Shown here: positions 39,567 through 47,304 of the stretch, in pieces
Numbering within the stretch: the first letter of the stretch is position 1
How the letters are laid out: each line of letters opens with the position of its first letter
From: a virus
Length of the DNA: 64,000 bases
IMG/VR virus record: IMGVR_UViG_3300015360_000036
Span: 9,769-73,768 of that record
Strand: one strand, 5' to 3'
Made by a program: the position numbers and the translations under genes
Notes under the pieces: model-generated
What the model saw: only the letters and a program-made list of their open reading frames with translations
What the model was told of the DNA's origin: nothing
Database searches by the model: none

Positions 39567-39734
39567 ATGAATAAAATAGTATTAAAAAATTTACAGGTTG
39601 TAGATCAGCATATTTCAGTATTTCATGATGTAATCAAGGAAGTTTTATCTCAGATGGATTCAGATACATTACTGTATTTCATGGAAGTATTTGATGATAA
39701 AATGGCTAAATTAAAACAACATGAAACTAGTTAA
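39567..39734 (+). CDS. 55-aa internally deleted copy of ORF 39746-40501
   Basis: MNKIVLKN+LQVVDQHISVFHDVIKEVLSQMDSDTLLYFMEVFDDKMAKLKQ; 39590-39720 duplicates about 40282-40412. Confidence 0.7.
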   Translation: MNKIVLKNLQVVDQHISVFHDVIKEVLSQMDSDTLLYFMEVFDDKMAKLKQHETS

Positions 39735-39745
39735 ATAGTTGGAAA

Positions 39746-40501
39746 ATGAACAAAACAGCATTAAAAAAGATCTTAGATCATCCAGATAAAGATGAGATTA
39801 TATCTAAATTGGTAATAGGAATTTCGCCTTCTGACATTCATGACTGGTTAAAAGCCAAGTATACGAATGTTGGTGAGGCGAAATTTGTCATTGCAGAAAA
39901 GTCAGTAAAGCAGTTTCAAGAAAATTATCTTGACATATACAATATGATTCGAGAAGATTTATCTAAAACTAAATCAGCATTAGCATTAAGTACAGAAGAC
40001 CAATTGGAATTATCTGTTAAAGGCAATTCTGCATATAAGAATCGTATGCTTGAATTGGCTGGTAAAGAACTTGATATAAAAACAATGATTACTAATCTTT
40101 GTGTTGCAGTAGAAACACGTCTTGGTCAAATCTTCGATGAGATTCAGGAAGATCCTCGCAACATAAATACTAGAGTAGATCGTCTTCTTATAGAATATGC
40201 TGATACTCTAGGTAGTGTATTAGAAAAATATTATAAACTTACTACCGTTCAACCAGACCAAATTGTTCAGCATAACGTTACTTTACAGGTTGTAGATCAG
40301 CATATTTCAGTATTTCATGATGTAATCAAGGAAGTTTTGTCTCAAATGGACTTGGACACATCTCTGTATTTTATGGAAGTATTTAATGATAAGATGGCTA
40401 AGCTAAAACAACCATCTGCCGCAGAAGTACCAAATACGGATATGAGACTGGTAGAAGCTAAAGTTCTAAACGAAACCATTAACAAAAAAATCAACGAGTA
40501 A
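39746..40501 (+). CDS. Hypothetical protein, N-terminal HTH-like; possible terminase small subunit
   Basis: HPDKDEIISKL..G.SP..I..WL; helical; upstream of terL. Confidence 0.45.
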   Translation: MNKTALKKILDHPDKDEIISKLVIGISPSDIHDWLKAKYTNVGEAKFVIAEKSVKQFQENYLDIYNMIREDLSKTKSALALSTEDQLELSVKGNSAYKNRMLELAGKELDIKTMITNLCVAVETRLGQIFDEIQEDPRNINTRVDRLLIEYADTLGSVLEKYYKLTTVQPDQIVQHNVTLQVVDQHISVFHDVIKEVLSQMDLDTSLYFMEVFNDKMAKLKQPSAAEVPNTDMRLVEAKVLNETINKKINE

Positions 40502-40505
40502 TGCT

Positions 40506-42365
40506 ATGACAAAAAAACAACCAGCTAAAACGCCAGTAAAGAAACCATCAGAAAAGGCTAAGAAGCCAACTAAACGTCTTCTTTCTGAAGAAGAATTGGT
40601 TGTTGAAGAGGTTCCAGTTGTTATGGAGACTATCAATCCTTTTAGTGTTAAAGAGTATCCTGATTTCAAAAAGGAATTAGAACTTTCTGAATTTGAAAAA
40701 GCTAAGATTAAGAAACTAGAAGAATTTTTCAGTTTTGAGAAACCACAATCATTTAATATGCCTAAATTAAATCTTGATGCAAAAGCTTATCCAAATAATG
40801 ATGAGTATATAAACATTCCAGGTGCTCATGATACACAAAAATGGTTAGAAACAGTTAAGGCAATTTATACAGCAGAACAAAATGGACAAGCTAGGGAGTA
40901 CTTTTTACCTAAGATTACTTCTGGTTGGGGACCAACTGAAAAATATGACTTCTTAAATTGGTTGAAGTTCTACGAAGAAAACGCTCATCTAAAGTACAAA
41001 ACTGCTCAACAGCAATGGTACGAGAATGACCTTCCTGGGTACATTTTACCTTATAAAACAGATCCTGCAAAGCAAGATATTCATGTGGGTGGTCGAGATA
41101 TTGACTATGCTCGTGAAGCTATCGTTAGCGAAATGCCTGTTGCTGAAAAGAAAAGAATTATTGAGAACCAAAGAAGAAAAATAGTTGGTAGACTTGATTC
41201 AACAGAAAAGCTATTAAGATCTGAAGAGGGTCAAATGTTAGCTGGTAAAGAATTTGAAACACTTATTGAAGTAATTTATGCACTTAAGAAAAAGTTGCAA
41301 TTAGTTAATAAGATAAGCACATCAACGAAATTATATGAAGATATGATTGTTCGTGAAGCTAATGTTTTAAACAAAAATGGTTTTACTAAAGCCGCTAATG
41401 TTTTATATAAATTTGCCGATGAAACTGCCAGTAAAAATGCAATACCAAGCGCAGCCGAGCCAGCAAAAGAACCTGCTCTTGCTGCAACTCCACCAGCTCC
41501 ACCAGCACAACCAAGTGGTGCTCCTGGTGGTTTACCAGCGACACCACCAGGCGTAGCTCCAAAATCAGAAGGAATTAATAATTTCTTAAGTAATTTAGAT
41601 ACAAGTAAAATTACTGAAAAAGACAAGCAAGCTGTAGAGGATGAGCTATTTGTTGAAGATCATGAAGGTGAATTAATTGTTGAAGCTCAAGAAGCTCCAT
41701 TACCAGAACCAGTTGCACCGCCAGCAGCACCAGTAGAAAACCCTATTGAAGTTGAAGAGCCAGTTTCTGAAGCTCTAGTTGATCCAGCAATAGAACCAGA
41801 AGACACTGTAACAGAAGATACAACTGAATCTTTGAAAGCAAAAAATTTCGATGCAATGATTGGGCGCGCATTAAGCAATCTTAAAATAGACGATGTTGTT
41901 GCTAAGCTTGAAGATTTGGCTAAGGTATTCAAAACAAGAGAAATTCCAAGACAATTATCAATCATAGATATGATGCTTGATAGTTTAGGATTAGCGTCTT
42001 TTTTCCCTTCTCTTTCAGAAGCTACAAATAAGGCTTTGGAATCAAATAACTATATCTCTACTCGTGTTGAAGATGTTCTATCTAAACTTCGTGGTAGCAT
42101 GAAGACAAATGATATTGATTTAAAAAATGGGGAAGGCGAAAAAGCCCAATCACCTGAAGTTGAAGGAATGAAAGCTAGCCTTAAAAATAAAGAAGATAAA
42201 GAGAACAGTAGGAAAGAGATGAGAAAGAATTTGGCAGATGAGGCTTTAGAAGACCAAACTAAAGAAACGCCAGATGTAGAAATCGATGAAGATTTAGCTC
42301 CTGAAACTCCTCCAGCAGAAGCGCCAGTCGCACCACCAGCATTTCCACCTAAACCAGCAGTATAA
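40506..42365 (+). CDS. Putative virion protein with Pro/Ala/Glu-rich linkers
   Basis: 619-aa ORF; EANVLNKNGFTKAANVLYKFA motif. Confidence 0.6.
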   Translation: MTKKQPAKTPVKKPSEKAKKPTKRLLSEEELVVEEVPVVMETINPFSVKEYPDFKKELELSEFEKAKIKKLEEFFSFEKPQSFNMPKLNLDAKAYPNNDEYINIPGAHDTQKWLETVKAIYTAEQNGQAREYFLPKITSGWGPTEKYDFLNWLKFYEENAHLKYKTAQQQWYENDLPGYILPYKTDPAKQDIHVGGRDIDYAREAIVSEMPVAEKKRIIENQRRKIVGRLDSTEKLLRSEEGQMLAGKEFETLIEVIYALKKKLQLVNKISTSTKLYEDMIVREANVLNKNGFTKAANVLYKFADETASKNAIPSAAEPAKEPALAATPPAPPAQPSGAPGGLPATPPGVAPKSEGINNFLSNLDTSKITEKDKQAVEDELFVEDHEGELIVEAQEAPLPEPVAPPAAPVENPIEVEEPVSEALVDPAIEPEDTVTEDTTESLKAKNFDAMIGRALSNLKIDDVVAKLEDLAKVFKTREIPRQLSIIDMMLDSLGLASFFPSLSEATNKALESNNYISTRVEDVLSKLRGSMKTNDIDLKNGEGEKAQSPEVEGMKASLKNKEDKENSRKEMRKNLADEALEDQTKETPDVEIDEDLAPETPPAEAPVAPPAFPPKPAV

Positions 42366-42375
42366 TTGGAGATGA

Positions 42376-43143
42376 ATGAAACTTCGTGAATTACTCCAAA
42401 CATTAGAGCAAGTCCATCAAAAGATAGGTTGCTCTAAACCATACATCTGCGGTGGTACTCCAAGAGATAGATTTATGTCTAAGCTAGCTAATATAGCAGA
42501 CATAGATCTATGTACTGGAGATAAAACTATTGATTACTTATCAGAGGAATTCGCAAAAGTTCTTATGACTAAGTACAATATCACTAGAAAAGTTATGGAT
42601 GATGGTCATAGCACTGCTTATATTGGAAATCTGAAAATGGATTTTTCATCCAATTTCAATGCCCATAATATTGTACCTATTTTAGGTAAAATGGGCATTG
42701 CAACTCCAACGGAATTGCAAAAAGAAATGTTCAGCAGAGATTTTACTTGTAATGCTATGTTGTTAACCTTAGATCTTAAATCTTTATTAGATCCAACTAA
42801 TAAGGGTTTCAAAGATATTAAAGATAAAACAATTAGAACTTGCTTAAGTCCAGAAATAACATTAACAACAAATAAGAATAGAGTTGTAAGAGCAATATAT
42901 TTGGCATGTAAATTGGATTTCAACATTGATAGATCAATAATTGATTTAGTTTCTAGAAACCCAGAACTTGTAAGAATATCAACTGAAAAATCTATGGCTG
43001 AAAAATTAAACAGTGCTTTTACAAGTGATCCAGATAAAGCAGCTTCATTAATTACGCAAATGAATATTTGGAATCATATAATTATTACTGAAAAAATTTA
43101 TCCATATTATATTAAGCGTGGAAATGTAACAAATGTCAAATGA
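42376..43143 (+). CDS. Class II tRNA nucleotidyltransferase/poly(A) polymerase family protein
   Basis: ICGGTPRD, DIDL, SRDFTCNAM, DPTNKGFKDI...IR, RVVRA. Confidence 0.85.
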   Translation: MKLRELLQTLEQVHQKIGCSKPYICGGTPRDRFMSKLANIADIDLCTGDKTIDYLSEEFAKVLMTKYNITRKVMDDGHSTAYIGNLKMDFSSNFNAHNIVPILGKMGIATPTELQKEMFSRDFTCNAMLLTLDLKSLLDPTNKGFKDIKDKTIRTCLSPEITLTTNKNRVVRAIYLACKLDFNIDRSIIDLVSRNPELVRISTEKSMAEKLNSAFTSDPDKAASLITQMNIWNHIIITEKIYPYYIKRGNVTNVK

Positions 43144-43657
43144 TAAATTAGCCTATTATGGTGGCACAGAAAAACCAACCCCAAAAAAGACTAAATATAA
43201 AGCTGAACCTGCTTTGGTAGTTCAGCCAAGATTCAAAGAACCTTTCTATAACAATTACGATTTATACGAAACAGAAGGTGTAGATGGTGCTCCTAAGCAT
43301 GGACCAGGCGCCAGCTTATATCAAAATATGGACAAGTATGATAGCGTAGATGATTTCAAGAAGAAGAAAAAGAAGATAAAAGACAAGTATAAGGCTGATG
43401 ATTCTTGGATTCAGCCTGATGGTTCTATAACGAAAACGAAAAAAGCAAATAAAATAGCTAGAAGAATGGCATTGATGTCAATACTTACAAAAATGGCTAT
43501 TGACTTTCCAATAGATGAACAAATTTCAGAATCGATCGATGGAGAAGGTGTTGCTGGAAATACATCTCTTATTGGTGGGATGTTAAGTAGTAATGAGACT
43601 GTTCCTGATGAAGATAAACCATACGATTTGATACTAAAAAATGAATTTGTTGAATGA
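43133..43657 (+). CDS. Hypothetical protein, head block
   Basis: ORF; AYYGGTEKPTP motif shared with scaffold repeats. Confidence 0.6.
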   Translation: MSNDKLAYYGGTEKPTPKKTKYKAEPALVVQPRFKEPFYNNYDLYETEGVDGAPKHGPGASLYQNMDKYDSVDDFKKKKKKIKDKYKADDSWIQPDGSITKTKKANKIARRMALMSILTKMAIDFPIDEQISESIDGEGVAGNTSLIGGMLSSNETVPDEDKPYDLILKNEFVE

Positions 43658-43724
43658 TAGAATAGAACAATTGCGCCTTTTTCTACATATAGACGCATAT
43701 AAACATAAAGCCTAGAGGTACGTA

Positions 43725-44720
43725 ATGCCATTATTTGAAACTGATGAACTTGAAGTAAATGATATGCAGGACTCTGTAATGCTTGCTGATGGACCAAAAG
43801 ACCATAAGCATGATGACGAACATGGTGAACTGTTTGTACAGGAAATGCTTGAGGGAATGCCAGAATTAAAACATGAACATGACAGTGAACATAGTCATGA
43901 ACACGAAGGTATGCCTAGTATTGTCGTTGATCCTACTGAACAGGGTAATGCTGATATTGAAATTGAAATTCATGTAGGTGATTTACCAGGCGCACCACCT
44001 GGAACAACTCATCCTGAAATTGTCGTTGAAGACAAAGAGCATGAAGTTGATGAAAAATCTGAAGCTGATGATAATGAGGCTCGTAAAAGCAAGAAAAATG
44101 ATAAATGGGATTGGGCGTCAAAAGGTGCTACAGGTTTCGTTGCTTGGATTAAAGATAGAATTAGCTCTATTCCAAAACATTCTGGATATGATTCTGCTGG
44201 TTTAGAAAGAGCCGTAGCTTATCTTGATAAATTAGATTCAGAAATTTCTAAAGCCATGAGACTTGATTTAGAAGGTGAGTTAGATGCTAATAAGATTGAA
44301 GCTGTAAGATCTGAAATCGATGAAGGTATCAGTAGACTTAATGAAAGATTAGATAAAGTAAGCAAGAGCAAAAAAGCCAAAAGAAAAGGCAAGAAGGCGT
44401 CTGAAGAAGAGCTTGGTATGATCAAAGAGGCTCAAAAAGTTACTGGTGTTCAAGGTGTTTATGTAACTGTACCACTTCTTATTTCAAGAATTGCCAGAGT
44501 CTGTATTAATGGCATGGTTTCTGGTGGTCATGATATTGAAGATATCTACAGCAAACAAGTTGAGAGATACAAACTAACTCCTCGTGAAAGAGCTGAGACC
44601 ATGCAGCTTCTAGCTGACATGGGCTTTGCATTACGTCAAGATAGAGGTTACTTGGAAGATGAAGACGTTGATTTCTCAAGCAGCGACAATATGGATATGG
44701 CTGCTAACTACAAAGGATAA
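43725..44720 (+). CDS. Putative virion protein with acidic His-rich N-terminus
   Basis: GAGG SD; D/E/H-rich N-terminus, IKEAQK. Confidence 0.6.
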   Translation: MPLFETDELEVNDMQDSVMLADGPKDHKHDDEHGELFVQEMLEGMPELKHEHDSEHSHEHEGMPSIVVDPTEQGNADIEIEIHVGDLPGAPPGTTHPEIVVEDKEHEVDEKSEADDNEARKSKKNDKWDWASKGATGFVAWIKDRISSIPKHSGYDSAGLERAVAYLDKLDSEISKAMRLDLEGELDANKIEAVRSEIDEGISRLNERLDKVSKSKKAKRKGKKASEEELGMIKEAQKVTGVQGVYVTVPLLISRIARVCINGMVSGGHDIEDIYSKQVERYKLTPRERAETMQLLADMGFALRQDRGYLEDEDVDFSSSDNMDMAANYKG

Positions 44721-44722
44721 AT

Positions 44723-45364
44723 ATGTCTAAGTATACAAGGCACCAATCAGTAATATCTAGAAACGCAGATGATGTCGATGGTGAAGATCATTGGTTGAAA
44801 CAATTTGAAAAAAGTCTTCAAAAAGAGGCTGTTCAACCAAAAAGAACTGATGACTCATTGTTTAATCAAATCAATTCAATTATGAATGGTAGTAAAGCAA
44901 AATATCCTTCAGTACAATCTGCTGTCGATGATATGCAACAAAGAAGCGGTCTAACAGCTTATCTAGAAAAAGTTAAAATGTCTGGGACAGAAGAAGTAAC
45001 TAAGAAAGTTGCCTCTGAAGGTAAACCCGTAGAAAAAGACATGACACCTTCAGTTATTAAAAAGTTTCCTTCAATAAAGAAGACTTTTGAAAACTATATT
45101 AGGGAGTCAAAAGGGAATTTACCAATCCCAGCAATCATTTCGCATATCAGATCTATTCATCAAAGGGATGTATCTGATTCCAAAGATTGGGATGAGGATA
45201 ATCTTATAAGGTTTGTAAGTTCATTAAACTTAAGAGCTAAGAAAGAAAATGCCGAAAATTTCCACAACAACGATACTTTGGGCACAAGAGATAGAGGCAA
45301 TGCATCAGACATTGACATCTCTAATACTGATGCGTTTAGCGGATTAAATCCAGTTAAGTTCTAA
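44723..45364 (+). CDS. Hypothetical protein, head block
   Basis: ORF directly upstream of terL. Confidence 0.6.
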   Translation: MSKYTRHQSVISRNADDVDGEDHWLKQFEKSLQKEAVQPKRTDDSLFNQINSIMNGSKAKYPSVQSAVDDMQQRSGLTAYLEKVKMSGTEEVTKKVASEGKPVEKDMTPSVIKKFPSIKKTFENYIRESKGNLPIPAIISHIRSIHQRDVSDSKDWDEDNLIRFVSSLNLRAKKENAENFHNNDTLGTRDRGNASDIDISNTDAFSGLNPVKF

Positions 45365-45370
45365 TAAAGC

Positions 45371-47233
45371 ATGAGTGATAGTAAATATTTATTTGAAGAA
45401 TTAAAAAATCAGTTGTTAATGCTCGATCCAGTAAGTTTCGTTGAGAGATATTTAACACTAGATGGTAAGAAGTTTAGTTTACATAATAATGGTTATAAAC
45501 CATTTGCAGATATTTATAGGTATATTGGAATCAAGGCTTTAGAACCAACAGCAAAACCAGTTATACTTGTAAAAGGTCGTCAGGTCGGAGGAACAACTAT
45601 GGCTGGTGCTCTTGAAATGTATTTCATGGGCTCCGGCATTTTTGGTGTTGGCAATAATCCACCTATTAGAGTTATTCATGCATTCCCACAGCTAGAGCTT
45701 GCCGCAGCTTATTCTAAGACCAAATTAAATTCTATGATTCTTTCATCTATTCAGACAGGTGACGGCAAGCCTGGTTCAAAATCAAAATCATACATGCAAA
45801 GTTTGCTTGATACATCAAGCGCAACAAATGATTCATTACATTTCAAACAATTCATTAATGGCAATCATATTTGGATTGAATCAACAGGATTAGATGCAGA
45901 TAGAATCATGGGTCGTACTGCTGATGTTATCTTTTTTGATGAAGTTCAGAAGACCACTGGTCAAGCTATTGGTAATGCCTTAAAAATTCTAAATACTGCT
46001 AAATATGGCAGATCATCTAAAGGCGTACAAGTATTCTTCGGAACACCACGTCGTAAAGGATCAGATTTCCATAAAATGTGGCAGAGTTCTTCTCAACAAT
46101 ACTACTACTTAGGCTGTGAGAGTTGTAAAAAACATTTTCCGCTTTACACTCCTGGCTCTGATGAGTGGGAAAAAATTTGGTTACATGGATTTATTGTCAA
46201 ATGTACTCATTGTGGTTTTGAACAAGATAAGCGCCAAGCTGCTGAGCGTGGTAAATGGGTCGGACTAAAAGATCCGGGTGATGAGGATTGTAAAATGATT
46301 GGATTTCATATCAATCAAATATACATGCCTACTTTTACTAAAGAAGACTTAATGAGTGAAAAGCCTGGAACTCATCCAATCAATACTGAGAGAACTTTTC
46401 AAAATGAAGTTCTTGGAGAGTTTTTCCAAGGTGATACTAGCCCAATAACTCCAGAAGAAATTAGAGAAAATTGTGCAGACATAGGTAGAAAATTTCGTAG
46501 TGGAATTGCACCAGGCGAAGAACAAATGGTCGTATTAGGAATAGATTATGGTGCTCGTGCTGATGCTGAGCAAATGGCTAATCCAGAATCTAGTACTGTA
46601 AGAGGGCAATCATATAGTACTGCCGTCATCCTTACTGCAAAAGGTCCGGGTTTATTATCTATTGAGTTCGCAACTAAGTTTAAACGTAATGATCCTGAAA
46701 GTAAAAAAGGTCTTATAGATCAGCTAATGAGAAAATACAGCATTGATTTAGCTGTAGGAGATATTGGTTATTCTAATGACTTTTCAAATACACTTCATAA
46801 TGAATATGGTGATAGGTATTTAGTATCCAGAGCGCATTCTAAAGTTAATGATCATGTTAAATTTAGACAAGATGCATTTCCTAAAGAAATAGTATTCGAA
46901 AGAGATTACTATATTGCTGAGCTTTATGAGAAAATTAAAAGAGGAATGATTAAATTTCCTTTTGGTGATTATGAAAAGTTAGCATGGCTAATTGAGCATT
47001 GCGCTAGCATGGAAATCAAGCCATCTATTTCTAAAACTGGAGACCCTACAATACATTATATTAAAGGAAGTACACCAAACGACGGTTTCATGGCTTTGCT
47101 TAATGCTTACATTGCTTATAAGTTTTTGGTTAGTAAGGGATTCACAAATAACAACCCATTACTACAAGAACAATCATTTAAGGATAAGAATAAGCCATTA
47201 ATTTTGACTGGTTACATTAAAAGAAGGATGTAA
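45371..47233 (+). CDS. terL: Terminase large subunit (lambda GpA-like)
   Basis: VKGRQVGGT Walker A, FFDEVQ Walker B, GTP coupling motif, CESC/CTHC, NEVLGE, GIDYG nuclease. Confidence 0.9.
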   Translation: MSDSKYLFEELKNQLLMLDPVSFVERYLTLDGKKFSLHNNGYKPFADIYRYIGIKALEPTAKPVILVKGRQVGGTTMAGALEMYFMGSGIFGVGNNPPIRVIHAFPQLELAAAYSKTKLNSMILSSIQTGDGKPGSKSKSYMQSLLDTSSATNDSLHFKQFINGNHIWIESTGLDADRIMGRTADVIFFDEVQKTTGQAIGNALKILNTAKYGRSSKGVQVFFGTPRRKGSDFHKMWQSSSQQYYYLGCESCKKHFPLYTPGSDEWEKIWLHGFIVKCTHCGFEQDKRQAAERGKWVGLKDPGDEDCKMIGFHINQIYMPTFTKEDLMSEKPGTHPINTERTFQNEVLGEFFQGDTSPITPEEIRENCADIGRKFRSGIAPGEEQMVVLGIDYGARADAEQMANPESSTVRGQSYSTAVILTAKGPGLLSIEFATKFKRNDPESKKGLIDQLMRKYSIDLAVGDIGYSNDFSNTLHNEYGDRYLVSRAHSKVNDHVKFRQDAFPKEIVFERDYYIAELYEKIKRGMIKFPFGDYEKLAWLIEHCASMEIKPSISKTGDPTIHYIKGSTPNDGFMALLNAYIAYKFLVSKGFTNNNPLLQEQSFKDKNKPLILTGYIKRRM

Positions 47234-47304
47234 ATCAATAGAAATACTTATTTTTTGCTGTTATATTATTTATTGTGTATAGTGGTATAGTAAAATGAGG
47301 TTTC

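Noticed and set aside
39590-40412. DGR template/variable repeat pair
   Set aside because: Differences are not adenine-specific, are mostly synonymous, and no reverse transcriptase is present in the window.
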